The notes under the pieces are model-generated. The model ran no database searches. It saw only the letters and a program-made list of their open reading frames with translations, and was not told the DNA's origin. From assembly GCA_013265495.1 (NCBI GenBank), contig MU058384.1, positions 3,447,010-3,511,009 on the forward strand: a stretch of DNA of 64,000 nt. The letters run 5' to 3'. Shown here piece by piece: positions 13,323 through 27,043 of the stretch; positions within the stretch are counted from its first letter, which is position 1, and every line of letters starts with the position of its first letter. Source of the DNA: Vicugna vicugna. Lineage: Eukaryota. Position numbers and translations under genes: made by a program.

Positions 13323-13965
13323 TGAAAGCGATGAGAATAAGCCACCCCCAACTATGCCACTTTGGCACAAAGATTATTTTCAGCCAAAGTTAAGAATCTA
13401 CAGATGAAGCAGGGAGGGTAGAGCTCAGTGGTAGGGTGTATGCTTAGCATGGTCCTGGGTTTAATCCCCAATGACTCCATTAGAAAAAAAGAGAATCAAG
13501 AGACAGGAAGGCATCTCTGTCTCTCCCCATGCCCTTTTCTGCCTACATGCAGGGCATAAATTTCCCTTAATGAGGTGGTATAAATTTTCCCCACTCTCTT
13601 GTATCAGAATGAGGAAAGCGACCTTTATCACGAGAGAATCAGCAGCAAGATGAGTGTGCATGAACAAACCTCAGTAAAACAACCTGTATCTTCCACGAGT
13701 TCCCCCATGTATTTCCTACTTACTTCCCCATAATTTATAGTCCCTTGAGGCGCAAACCCTCTTCCGTTTGTTAAAATGTTGCATAAGTTCCCAAGTCTAA
13801 CCCCTCCTTTGAGTTTCACTTCTTTTCTGTGTACTCCTGTGCACTTAAAAATGTTAATGAATGTGTATTCCTTCTCTCTTGTTAATCTGTCTTTTGTCAA
13901 TTAAATTCACAGGCCCCCCAGACACTGACCCTAGAGGGAAGAGGAAAAGTTTTCCCTTCCCAACA
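13323..13965 (+). mobile_element. Solo ERV LTR, interrupted by a SINE
   Basis: Starts TG and ends ...tttcccttcccaaCA. LTR-like text (tatgccactttggcacaaagattatttt; cttctctcttgttaatctgtcttttgtca). Confidence 0.7.
13412..13490 (+). mobile_element. tRNA-derived SINE (camelid Vic-1-like)
   Basis: gggagggtagagctcagtggtag..gcttagcat..gtcctgggtttaatcccca with A-box/B-box-like motifs and an A-rich tail. Confidence 0.8.
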
Positions 13966-15565
13966 GTTTTCGGTGCATAGACATTCCTTCATGAATCAGC
14001 TGTTACAGTCATTTCTCACTTAATCCTTCAAATAACTCTGTAAAGTTGGCATTTTTAACCATTTCATGAAAGAGTGAAGCAAGCTTCACTGTGGTCAAGT
14101 GCAGGGGTATGTAACTGAACTACTATTTGAACACAAATAGGTCAGGTTCCACAAATCATGTTTTTCCCAATACATGCTGCTCCAAGGACTGAAAAATCCA
14201 ACAAGACTCACCCCAAAATTCAACAAAATTCCACATTAAAAAGTTATTTTCAATTGTTTGCAGGGTTGCATTTTTGTACTATAGGGTAGGTATGAAACAA
14301 AACCGCTAAGTATGACATTTCTACGAAGAGGGACAGTTTAAGATCTTAAGATTGTTCAAAATTCAAGCAATATTAGAGAGAGCTACCATACTACTAATAA
14401 TACTTCATTTGCAAAAAAAAAAAAAGAAGTTTTAAAAAATTGCAGGAGAACAATATACCTTCTTTTCTATTATTTTGTCTAACTTAAAAGTCTTCTGATA
14501 TCTGGATCAAGTATGCCTGTAAATTGCAAATCTGAAATTCCAAGCCTGGATTCTGAAGCATATTATTGAATGGATTGCTGTAAATATGACCCAGCTGTTA
14601 CCTTCGCTTGCTGCAGACAGAGGTGTCGCAAAATGGCTTCAAGTGACTTGTAAATATCAGCGATGCAGGAAGAAACTTGTTTGTTTCTATACCGCGACGT
14701 CAGATGCATTCTCTTTATTAGATTTTGCTACCTACATTTTTCTGTGGCTTATTTTTGAAGAGTAGCATCCCTTTTACTATATTCTAGCCATACGTCAGTG
14801 CAGAGGTTTGGACATGAGAGTTAGTAAGAGAAGGGCCTGCTCTAAAGTGTGACTCTGGTATGGAAAGGAGTCATTTAAGACGTTCAAGTGATTTTGAAAA
14901 TATTTAGGTATTAGAGGGAAAGAACCACCATGCAAAAGCATCAAATTCAAAACGAGCGTTTTTAAAAAGCCAAGAAGGTGAGGGAAGTGAGCTGCCTCCT
15001 CTTTCCCATGATTTCATCTCTTTTTAACTCTTTTTTAGGGACTCTGGATGCAAACATGTCGATAAACATTTCAAGTTTGAAAAGACACATCTTGAATTGG
15101 AAGCATTTTATTCAATAGAATAAATTGAATACTATAAATGTGATCACAGCTGTTTCCTCACATGCTTCAGAACAGAGGTGTCCCAACATGGCCCACCAAG
15201 AGGCTTTTAAATATTGATGATGCAAGAAGCATTAACTTGGTTGTATGTAATTGGGCTCTATTGAGATTTTGCAAGGCTTCAGATGTCACGGCTAGTAAAA
15301 GCTGGAAGTTGAGTCCTCCCTTACCACCAATTTCTTCAGGTCAGACCTCCCCACAACCCTACTTTTCCAACATGATAAACAGTTGAACCTCAGCATGATT
15401 CACCAATTTTATAAGCTGGTTTTATCATCAACCTGAAATATAGATGATACAAATGTCTTCCCATATTATGGAGAAGCAAATCTCTTCTCATCAGACATTT
15501 ACAAGATCATTCTTTCTGACCTCTTCATTCTCCAGGCGAGGGGGGAGGGGGAGGGCAGCACGGAT

Positions 15566-15740
15566 GTGAGAGAGAGAGAGAGACAGAGAGAGAGAGAGAC
15601 AGAGAGAAAGAGAGACAGAGAGACAGAGAGGAAAAAAAATCACCTTTCCAAGTGCAGGGCCTTTAAAATCAAGCATTATATATCTGCCACAAGAAAGAAA
15701 GAAAAAAAGAAAGAGAATGAGAAAGGAAAGAAGGAAATGG
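15566..15740 (+). repeat. (GA)n / GAAA purine-rich simple repeats
   Basis: GA/GACA run at 15567-15630 and a GAAA-rich run at ~15690-15735. Confidence 0.85.
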
Positions 15741-15894
15741 AAGTTCTCCTGTCAAGAAAATTGTCCTGGTGAGTGGGATGTCACATAATAAGGACAGTTT
15801 GGGGAGATAAATAGCAGTTGTTCAGGGTTTGTTTTTGTTTTGTTGGCCTCAGATCATGATAAAAATTACAAAAATAGACGACATTCAATTTTAA

Positions 15895-16150
15895 AAACTG
15901 AACAAATGTGGTTACAGGGTGGGGGTATAGGGAGAATATATTAGAACTTTGGAATTAATAGATACACATTACTATACATAAAATACATAAACAAGGTCCT
16001 ATTGTACAGCACAAAGAACTATATTCAATTTCTTGTAATGAGCTGTAACAGAAAAGCACCTGAAAAAAATATGTATGTATATGTACAACTGAATCACTTT
16101 GCTGTACACATGAAACTGACATTGTAAATCGACTACACTTCAATAAAGAA
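15895..16150 (+). mobile_element. L1 3' end
   Basis: acaaggtcctattgtacagcaca..aactatattcaat..caactgaatcactttgctgtacac..acattgtaaatcgactacacttcaataaa. Confidence 0.85.
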
Positions 16151-18564
16151 TAAGAATTCAAAAAACTTTTTTTAAAAACTAAACAAATGACCCACAACAT
16201 CATCTGAAGGGAAAATACTTTCTTTCGGATACAATGGCTAGTGGCCATACTGTTAACGTGATTTACACACAGAAATCTGTGTTTTAATCCTGAAGCATGA
16301 CTACCACACACAAAGCGCACACAACGTTTCTGCTGTCCTCTTGTTAAGGTTTCAGAGGTATTTCCATTCAGTTTCTTTGAGGTCTGGTGGGGTTGGGGGA
16401 ATGAGAGAGGAAGTCACTGGTCCCACGGGAAACTGAGCTTGGGTGTAGCCTCTGGAGCTAGAAGAGAGATAAGCCATCCAGGACCCAGCTAACTCATCCA
16501 GGCCGCCCAGGATGGGTACCCACAGCCATCCTCAGACCATCCTCTTGGCCGACAACTATAGTATGGTTGAAACCCTGCTTTGGATGCCTAGAGAATATTT
16601 ATGTTAGAATATCGAGAAGCCAGCCTTCTTTTGAATTATCCAGGTTTTCTTTCACAATCATTAATTGTCTTGTGGAATAAAACTCAGGAGACACTTGACT
16701 CTCCACCGACCAGAATCCTTCTTCGTAACTAGTAATTTTGCGCATTTACTGTAAAATTAAAGTTGAAGCTTGCACTTTTCAGTGTTTTGGGTTGTAAACA
16801 ACAGCAGATTTTCTGGCCCATTTAAAGAAAACATGAATTTGTCCAAAGGATATAAATTAGTTCCCAGAATTGTCAGGGGAACTGTGTTCAGGCAGAAACT
16901 AAGGTCAGCAAAGCCCAGCCAACGTCCTGCTGAACCCCGTTAGTCCTGGGTCCTCGCTGTTGTGCCACCAGCCTCACCGCTGCCAACACAAATAATATCC
17001 AAGTGGCCCCAAGCCGCTGAGCTGCCCAGCCTCAGAGCAAACATCTGCCAGCCGCCCTCTGAACCCCCACGCATGCTGGGCCAAGAGGAGAAAAAGGATC
17101 TGCCTCGCTGTGACGTCCACTGGGGTAGGGCAAACCCTATCTCCCATACATCTTTAGATTCTCCCCCAGTAGAAGGACACTGGGTATCCAGAACCACAAA
17201 TTTGGGGGCTGTATGATAGGCCCTTCACCTACATTATCTCAGTTAACTATGACAGTGCTGTGTTACCCCCATTTTCAAGATGAGAAAGTGAAGCTCATAT
17301 AAGATCAGTTGTCCATAATGGTGAGATCCAAGATACTGAAGTGCTACCCCAAATATCCAAGAAATCTGAAATTATGCGTACTCTAGTGATTGATGTGTTT
17401 GAGTGTATTTTCTTTGAAAAAGTGGTGATCTAAATGTGATATAGGTGGTAATACCCTTAACTAAAACATAGGTTTAATGAAAGTACTATTTCTTCAAACA
17501 CACTTGTATCATAGTACACGAATCTTTAAGAAGTTAGTGCCTATTCAATCATGCAAGGTGCAAATGTACTTTTTTCGAGCTAATTTGTCAACTTATCTGA
17601 ATGTATGGAAGGAATAAGATACTCCTAGTTTAGAATAAGAAATTATGGGTTAAAGACAGGCAGATGAGGTTTCGTTTTTTTGTTGTTTTTCGTTTGTCTC
17701 TTGGTGGACCCAGAGCGCAAGGCTGACCCCTAGTGGTCCTATCTCAAGGTGCCCTCTTCAACTTCAACCCAGCTTCTTTTGAAGACCAAACAGCAACAGC
17801 GGGAGAGGTCCCCGGGGTAACCAGGTCCGTGTGCTCCTGGGTCATCACTGGGAAACCCGCTGTCATTGTACTTGGATGTGGAATGACTGCACTAGCAAGC
17901 ACAGCTTTGCTCTGCTCCGTAGGCACAGTCCACATCCTAATGATTCGTTCAGTCCTGCCCATAGCACACTTCTGTTTTGTTAGTTTATGTTCTTTGAGCA
18001 CCTTTTGCAGTTGAGGCATCTGACAAGCACTTTACCTACACTGTCTTTTATTCGTTGTAATAATTGTGTTATCCCCGCTTTATAGATGAGAAATTAAAAT
18101 TCAAAGATCAGTAATTTCCCCCCAAATCAGATGTGTAAAAAGGGGTTTTGAAAAAAAAAAAGATTCCAATCTTCCTCCCCATCTTCAAGGTTGGCTAATA
18201 ACTCCATGAAGTCTCCTGTGAATGACTGCTTGGCCCACAGAAATCTCACCCCTTCAGGACTTTACTACTTAGTACATTCTCCTTTGTATTTTTATGTGCC
18301 GTAAAAACTTTGGGTGGTGGCTGGATGGGACGGAGTATGTGTTTAAAAATCCAGAACAGAAAATCTTTCCAGGACAGGGGTCCACACGCGTAGTAGGAGG
18401 GAAGGATAGCGACAGCTCACCGAGTGCCAGGGACGAGACATTTCAAAGGCTTTACACGCTCTAGTGGTCAACTCTTCACACCAGCCCCACAGTGTCGGCC
18501 TTACTGATGGCCTTGTTTCACACGTGACAAAACCAAGGCACTGAGAAGTTAAATAAGCTGTTTT

Positions 18565-18721
18565 AAGTTGAATTTGACTCCTGAAAATTCATGTGTTTAA
18601 GTCTTAATCCCCAGCACCCAGAATATGATATTATTTGGAAAAAGGGTCATTGTGGATGGAATTAGTTAAGACGAGGTCATACTGCATGAGGGTGGGCCCC
18701 AGTCCAAAACGGCTGCATCCT
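18565..18721 (+). mobile_element. MLT1-type (ERVL-MaLR) LTR 5' fragment
   Basis: aaaattcatgtgtttaagtcttaatccccagcacc..ttatttggaaaaagggtc..ttagttaagacgaggtcatactg..agggtgggccc is an MLT1 pattern. Confidence 0.75.
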
Positions 18722-20546
18722 TGTGTTACCGAGTCCAAGCTCGTTCAGCTCACATGGTGAGCATGTCTTTGCGTGCTTACCTGCCTTATCTTCTTTGGCA
18801 TGTCTACCTTTCTGTATCCCATCTGTCAATTCCATTTCATTCTGCTGACTCTCTGAACATCTCATCTGGATTTTTTCCATAATTCTTGCCGTTTTGATGT
18901 GGATTTAAGCTTTACTTAGAACCTTGGTATTTTCCATCCACTATCTGTGTGATACTGAGAAGGAGGGCAGCTGATAGAGGCCGTGAGTCTGGGAGAAACC
19001 TTGAAGTTCTTCCCTTGCTCTCCCCACACGGTCCTGGGGCAATCCCTGCCTGCTCTGTGGCCGCATGGCAGCAGCTGGTCTGCAGTGTCGGACTCCAAGT
19101 GGCTCTATCTGGGCAGCACAAACGCACAACTCAGGTGAAATGCTGATGAAGAGAGGGGTCGACTGACCTCCAAACCCTTAAGGGCGCTCACGGTTCCTGG
19201 GAGCTTGACCCCCTGCAAGGCATCTTCTCCCTAACAGGTAAAGATGGAGCTGCCGCTGGCCTGGAGCTGCCTGGCACAATGGCAGCAGGCGGGCTTGCTG
19301 ACCACGCTGCTCTGCCCTCCCGAAGCACTAAGTCCTGTGTCTCATCCAGTGATTTTTCAATGTTTCGTGGGGCACTCTGGAATAACAGATGAAAGGTGTT
19401 CGTAGGAAACTAAAATAAATAAATAAATGAATGTTTTTTAAGAGAGAGATGATGTAGTCACTGATGTTAGTGGGAACTGTTTCTTCTGTTCTCTGAATGG
19501 TTACTTCTGGTGAAAGGCTATGCCTCCAGGCTGCTCTCCATCCCTTTAACTACCTGAACAGTCACTTAGAGAAGAATGACTAGGCATTCTCAGTCCTGCC
19601 ACACCCTTCTTCCTCCTGGGAGTGAGCCAGTCCGAGAGGTCAGGAGCGCCCCTCAGCTTCTCCCTCCTAGGAATCTGCCCCAGTCCAGCACCAACTCAGG
19701 TGGGGAAGTCGATCTGACTGCGGGTTCAGAGTAGTCCCATTTGGCTCTCTTGAGAGCTACATCCTCCCCTTAGACTCCCATCAGTAATAAAGGAGTAACT
19801 TTTGCTTCAATATTTACCTTTTTGTTTCATTTTTAAACTAGTTTAGAACTTACACAAAAACAGGGGCATTATCTCTGGAGGACCTCAACAGCTGACAGCC
19901 AGAATAGAATCTGCCGTCAATCAGCAGAGGCTCAAAGAACCTTTTTCCTCCTGCTAAATACTGCACATCCTCTACTGCTACTTATAGTGTGGTCTGCAGA
20001 AAAGCAGCGTGGGCACTACCTGGGTGCTTGTGAGAAATGCATTCTATCGGATTCCATCCTCATTTACACAGTGGATTCGCATTCTTACAAGATCCCAAGG
20101 TGATTCACACACACAACAAAGTTTAAGTAGTCAGACTCCAGAGAACTGATAGCAAGTATTAACACAAGCAAGTATTGCTCCCTCCCAGCTCAGTCTTACA
20201 ATATAAGTTTTATTTGCCATTACTTCATTTTATTCATTTTTTATCATTGTAATTAACACTAATTTGGGGGGAGGGCATAGTACTTTTCAACAAATATCCT
20301 CACAGACTTCTGCAATAATAGTAAAATTACATCACTATTAAACCATTTGTGCAAGAACATAGCACAACTTACATTTTAAAAGGAGGGTAAAATAAAACAT
20401 TTTGATAAAAATTATATTTTACATAATAGAAAAATAAATGAACTATATTGAACAGATTCATGTTTATTTTCTACAGTAGTAGAGCTCAGTATCTTAGTTT
20501 CCAGTCGATAATTTAGTTTTCCTTTAACACACACAAAAAAATCAGA

Positions 20547-21612
20547 AAGGACAACCTACGGAATATGAGAAAAAATTTTTGCAAACGATGAAACCGACAA
20601 AGGCTTGCTCTCCAGAATATATAAGCAGCTCATATGACTTAATAAGAAAAAAAAAAACAACCCAATCCAAAAGTGGGCAGAAGACCTAAACAAACAATTC
20701 TCCAAGGAAGAAATACAAATGATCAATAGGCACATGAAAAAATGCTCAGCATCACTAATTATCAGAGAAATGCACATCAAAACTACAATGAGGTATCACC
20801 TCACACCAGTCAGAATGGCCATCATTCAAAAGTCCACAAATGACAAATGCTGGAGAGGCTGTGGAGAAAAGGGAACCCTCCTACACTGCTGGTGGGAATG
20901 CAGTTTGGTGCAGCCACTGTGGAAAACAGTATGGAGATTCCTCAAAAGACTAGGAATTGACTTACCATATGACCCAGGAATCCCACTCCTGGGCATATAT
21001 CCAGAAAGAAGCCTACTTCAAAAAGATACCTGCACCCCAATGTTCATAGCAGCACTATTTACAATAGCCAAGACATGGAAACAGCCTAAATGTCCATCGA
21101 CAGATGACTGGATAAAGAAGAGGCAGTATATTTATACAATGGAATACTATCCAGCCATAAAAAGCAACAACATAACGCCATTTGTAGCAACATAGATGTC
21201 CCTGGAGAATGTCATTCTAAGTGAAGCAAGCCAGAAAGAGAAAGAAAAATACCATATGAGATTGCTCATATGGAATCTAACAAAACAAAACAAAAGAAAG
21301 AACATAAATACCAAATAGAAACAGACTCATAGACATAGGATACAAACTTGTGGTTGCCAAGGGGGAGGGGGTGGAAAGGGACAGACTGGGAGTTCAATAT
21401 TTTTAGATACTGATAGGCATATGTAGAATAGATAAACAAGATTATACTGTATAGCACAGGGAAATACATACAAGATCTTGCGGTAGCTCACAGCGAAAAA
21501 GAATGTGACAATGAATCTATGTATGTTCATGTATAACTGAAAAATTGTGCTCCACACTGGAAATTGACACAACATTGTAAACTGACTATAACTCAATAAA
21601 AAAAAAGTTTAA
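20547..21612 (+). mobile_element. Young 5'-truncated L1 (ORF2 C-terminal ~200 codons, disrupted, + 3'UTR)
   Basis: ORF 20719-21195 has the L1 ORF2 cysteine-rich C-terminus ([42 protein letters not shown]). Premature TAG where ..FAATWM is expected. PolyA tail. TSD AAAAAAATCAGA at 20535-20546 and 21613-21624. Confidence 0.95.
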
Positions 21613-22396
21613 AAAAAAATCAGACCTCCTCTAAATGGAATAAAAACTTCCATGTGAGTCTTTGAGTCTTGTTTACATTTTTGGCCAGTAATTCACCACT
21701 TTTGACAGAAGAGGCTGAGAGACAAAGTAAGATATGACTCATTCATTTCTTCAGAAATAACAGAAAATGTCTGCCTGAGTCTTACATTTAGAGATCATGT
21801 TGTTATAAGATAACAATGCCTTACGTTTGTGTGATGTGCTGTCATTAGCAAAGTGTCTCCCCATTTATTATCTTGTCTCATTTTCCCATGAACTGGCAAG
21901 ATAGGTGACACTCAAGCTTTTTCTACAGATAAGTAGCGTCAAGTACAATGAGGTTGACTTGTCTGAGATGCAAAGAAGCCAAAGCAAAACAAGGATGGAC
22001 ATTCTTTCGACTCCAAACCCACAGTTAACCTCCAACTGGGACCTACATGGGATTTGTCTGAACATGCTGTGTTCCAGCAAACTAGAATCTGGATACTGAC
22101 ACGTGGAGGCTAACAGTGACAGAATAATTAGCAGGTGTTGGCACGGCTTTAAATGTTTTGCCTTTGACAATTTACTGAAAATTGACAAGGATTAACATTT
22201 AATTCTCACAACAACCCAATAAGGCAGTTAATTTATCACTCCTCTTCAATATCTATATATGCCCTTGGCTTTGAGTTCTAAAAAAATTTATCATGTCAAA
22301 AATTCACTTCTACGAAATTTCAAAACTCAGTTCTCTTTAGTACTAGAATAAGTACAGTTTTGGTTATAAATGACTTCAGACATCAAATGACATATT

Positions 22397-22585
22397 CAGT
22401 GGCGTATAGGTAAATGTCTTAAAATTAGCTTCCTGGGTAGAAAAGTCCCCAGTTTGTAGATCTTGCCAGTGTCTATGGTCTAATTATTTCCATCGTGGCC
22501 AGTTTCAGGTTGACGTCACTAAACTTGGAGCTGGAAAGAGATGAGCACAATCGGCCCTTACAAGCAGGTCCTGACTCTTTACTGG
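22397..22585 (+). mobile_element. MER63-like (hAT-Blackjack) DNA transposon relic
   Basis: cagtggcgtataggtaaatgt..tttgtag..ttgcc..catcgtggccagtttcagg..tgacgtcact..ggaaagagatgagcacaatcggc resembles the recalled MER63 consensus. Confidence 0.65.
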
Positions 22586-25500
22586 TCCAGGGCCATTGAC
22601 AACCCACTTTTAAGCTGGTATTCTTCATACTCCTGAGTAAGCCCAAACTGCTTTGTTTTTAAGAATATGATACAAGAATTTTGACAAGGTTTTGAATTAC
22701 TGTTACTTTTTCCAAATGCTTTTCCAGAATGAATTACACTAAATTTCTAAACAGCATGAAGCGCAAGAAGAGAACACTGTATATAAGATACACAATGATC
22801 CATAATTGTTGAATAAAAGTCTGACTTTCTTTACCTCTTAAAAGTCAATATATTATAATCATATCCTAAAGATGGATAATGTTTTAGAAAATTAATAAAT
22901 AAAAAGCGTGAAATCCAATCCTGACAATGAGAAAGAACAGGTTGGTGTGAGGACATCCTAGGACAGAGGTCATCATAAGCTCCACTTCGCTTCCATTATT
23001 ACTTAATGTTTAGACAATGTCTCATTATTTGCAAGTGTTTTTCAACAATGTAGTAATCTGGAACACTTTATGGCCAAGAGTTTAAAGCATTTTAATTTAC
23101 AGAAAGATTTTTATTTAACACTACTTGGCAGAATTTTAAATTTGGATGTGTAAATCAAAACCTATTTCCCTCAATTTAACCTTCTTAGAAACACCTTACC
23201 TTCACTCTGGAGTGCGAGCTGAGATCTCTGCCCACCCCCTAACCCCGGCTTAACTGAAAATTAAAATTTGAATATCTGAAGTGTGTTTTTACTTTACTGT
23301 AAACTAAAGAGTCTTAGTATATGGCCAATAAATTAAAGGATGATTTTTTTTAAAAAAAGATTTAACAATCTAATTTCAGAAAAGAGGGTAAACTTTTTTT
23401 CAGATGTCAAAGGGAAAAAAGTACAACTGTACTTTTTACCTCTATCAATAAATTAGGAAATTCAATTTGGCACTGAATTAAAACACATGTTAGAATCCAA
23501 AGAGACACCGTAAAGTCCCACTGAACATAGGAGCTAGAGTAACTAGGAAAGCTGATTTTGAAATAAACAGGAAGAGGTCCTCATGGACCAATTCAAAGCA
23601 GTCGATATGTTTTTACAGAGTTATGAAATCATACAGCATTCAGTTATATTTTACTTTTATTCATCTCCAGTGATGCCGTATCCTAACTAGGAAATTCACT
23701 TCCAGTAAAAGAAAGATGAAACACTACAAATTCTTGATATTTGAATCAAATTGAGTGAATCTGGAATTTTTAAAAATCAACTCTGGTGGACTGAAAGAAA
23801 TGAAGTAATAATGATCCTAACTACATTACTGATCCCAAAATACCTATGAACAGATTGCTATTGACAAATTTCACAACATATATATATATATAAACTACAC
23901 TAGTGCCCATTTTCACTATTCTGTTGTGAAATTAAATAATAGTAGCTACCAATGGTCGATGATTTTGTCCATGTGGATTAGCCATTTTGTGAATTGTCAT
24001 AGGAATTCTTTAATCTCAGACTTGTTTTATTCTCTGCTATTTTATACGTTAGGAAATATCTTCCATGCCATCCATTGTTATCCTCAAGAGAATAAATTAA
24101 TTTAGAAAGTAATCTAAGCCTGTGCTTCCCAAACTTCATTCTAAACAATACCTATAAGATGTTCCATAAAAAAGAGGTTCATCGTCAAATGAAGTTGAAT
24201 ATATGCTGCCTATGTTTCCTCTCTTGGTGATGATTCACAGTGTGCCTTAGATTTTTAAATTTCTGAGAAGTCTGGCAGGAAAGAAACTTTTTTGACTGTG
24301 GATAATTGTGTGCTTTTTGTGGGTTTTTCCCATGTGATGTTTGTTAACACAAGGGAAAAAGTATTTACAGACACACTTTGGGAAAACTTCTATTAAATAA
24401 ATCAAGATAGAGATAAACCAAGCAGTAATAAATTTCACAACTCTGGGCCCAGGCTTTGTCTCGACTCATCCCCTATTTTGTGTGCCTTTTCCCAGCACCC
24501 CAAAGCATCTCTTCTCCAGTTTTCCCCCTAGCCCATCCCAGGTACCTGTCAGCATTGTTTGAAGGACAAAACTCTTTGAAGTTCTTTGAGCTTCAGTAAA
24601 AATCAATTCTCTGTCTTTAGCTGGAAGTGAGCCACACTTGCAAAACAACATGGACCTAAGCAGGACAATATAAGAATACACCTAAGAAAAATATAATAAA
24701 AACATAAAAGTGATTTTTAAAATATCATTTGGGGGATGTGTATGGTTTCTGATTAAGTAAAAGCATTAGAACTATAACTGCTTCCCCATAAAATGGCATT
24801 AGCCCAAAATGCCAGTACGCAACTGTGGAGACTGGTCAAGAGGTAGAAAGGAGAAGAGAAAAGAAAGTGGTGAGAGCTGGCCTGAAGAATTGCAGAATGA
24901 CTTCCTCCTGACAGCACAACAGCAAAGACAGCGATCTCATTTCAGAAAACACTGTGAGTGGTGATGGATGCCATCTAGACTTGGTGTGGGGATCATTTCG
25001 CAACATATACAAATATCAAATCATTATGTTGTACACCTGAAACTAATAAGCAGAGGAAAGAAAATATTGATAAAAAGTTGTCCTTCTATATTTCCTTCCT
25101 CCCATTCAGGTGTTTTTAGACATAGCACTTACCAAGACTGCAGTCCCCAGCTTCATGGTGAAATTATGTTCACTGTCTAGCTCACCTGCTAGAATGTGAT
25201 CTTTCTAAGGGAAAGTACAGTGTCTGCTCATTCATCTCTGTGCCCTCAAGCCAGTACAGTGCCAGCACTTAGAATGAATCAATAAAATACTAGTGGAAGT
25301 TAGGAAAGGAGGGGGGAGGGAGGAGGAAAGAAAGAAGAGAGGGGGGATCTTCTTGAGGCTTGGTTGTTTTTTCAGAGTGGTGATGGATGCCTGGTCTTCC
25401 AGTGGCCCCACAGATTAAGGATATAATCTGTGGCCATGAAATATGAGATAATTAACCCACATAGGCATTATTTCACGACTTTATTTCCACATGCACTGGA

Positions 25501-26757
25501 TTCTCATTAGTCTTCACAGTCATACATTCATTTTTAGAGAAGAAAAAAAATGTAGTTCTTATACTGAGTGGATTCCTTCTGGATTTTATACCTGGATAGA
25601 GTCATATGGTCATATGAGGAAAGGAATGAGATGAGCAGAGTTGAATTTTGGTATTTTTATATTGTTCACATGCAACTAAGAAACTAAATATTTGATCATT
25701 ATGATTTTCACAGTAAACTCATTATGGTCTTAATAATCAAGACATTCTTAACATCATACAAGCTCTTTGCTGGACTGCACTAAGTGTTTCCTAACAGCTA
25801 CCATTCAGTGCTTTTAAAAAATTAATATTTGATTATCAGGGAAGAAGGAAAATAAAGGGAATCTGGTCATTCTGCATCACACTTTCCCTTTCTTCCATTC
25901 AAACCATAACTAGGTGACCCAAAAGAGTTGCCATATAATTTTCCTTGTGATTTAGCTAAATCTGCAAACTGAAATTGAGGCAACTCCCTGACAGGATACA
26001 AGGCAGTAAGCATTTAAGAATCACTAACTCACAGGCATTCTGCAGGAGATCACTGATACATTCTCCGAGAACTACAAGAGGAGGGGGAACAGAATTATTT
26101 TCCTACGCTGATCAATTTGAAGCAAGAAAAGTCACCAATTAACATACTTTTATTATTATGCTGGGCAGAATGTAAAAAAATAGTGCTGCTCAACAAATCA
26201 GAAAAGGACTCAGGTATTCTCATATTTCTTTTCTGAGGTAGATTTGAGCGGGACCATTCCATCTGATTGTAATTCCTGTAGGTAAGCAGATGGTCAGGCA
26301 GTACACCAAGAATTATAATAATCTATGTGGGATGTTCCTAAGACATGAGTTAATGCTTTTAAACCCATAAAGCTTGGAATTTTATAGAGATGAACCACAT
26401 TATAGACCCACATGCAAGCATGTGCTCATCAAAATTACCTAAACTGAATCAACAACTCAGCTCATTTGCAACTCCTGACATTCTGGAACTGACCTGTGAG
26501 ATGCATCCTCAAACCAACTTCTTCCTTTTAAGGACTGAAATTAGGTATGTAAGAAATACACATAACTTGAAGTGATAGCATGCATTTTCAGGTTCAGATT
26601 TCCTGATGTAAAACAAACATGGGAAACAGGGTAAACTGAACTATGAAAAACAAGAAGTTTTAAATATAACCCATCATCTCCCTAAGAGTTCAAGGGACAC
26701 TACCAGAGATGACTAGGAAAGAGATGAGAGGGGGAACAAAAGGAAAAATTCACAATA

Positions 26758-27043
26758 CAGTTGACCCTTCGTATTCAGTTTCCAAATCTGTGGATTCAAC
26801 CAACCACTGATGGAAAATATTTAGGAAAAACATTCTAGAAAGTTCCAAAATCAAACTTGAATTTGCCGAGCACTGTCAGCTATTTAGATAGCAAGTGCAT
26901 TGTATTAGGTATAATGAGTAATCTAGAGATGATTTAAAGTATACAGAGGATGTGCATAGGTTATATGCAAAAGTCATGCAATTTTATACAAGGAAATTGA
27001 GGGGTCCTGAAACAAAACCCCTATGGGTACTGAGTGTCGGCTG
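26758..27043 (+). mobile_element. MER2-type (TcMar-Tigger) MITE
   Basis: TA|cagttgaccct..ggattcaaccaacca..gtaatctagagatgatttaaagtatacagaggatgtgcataggttatatgcaaa..ggctg|TA, with TA target duplication at both ends. Confidence 0.85.

Noticed and set aside
20719..21195. 158-aa ORF as a host gene
   Set aside because: It is the C-terminus of L1 ORF2 in a 5'-truncated copy with a premature stop.
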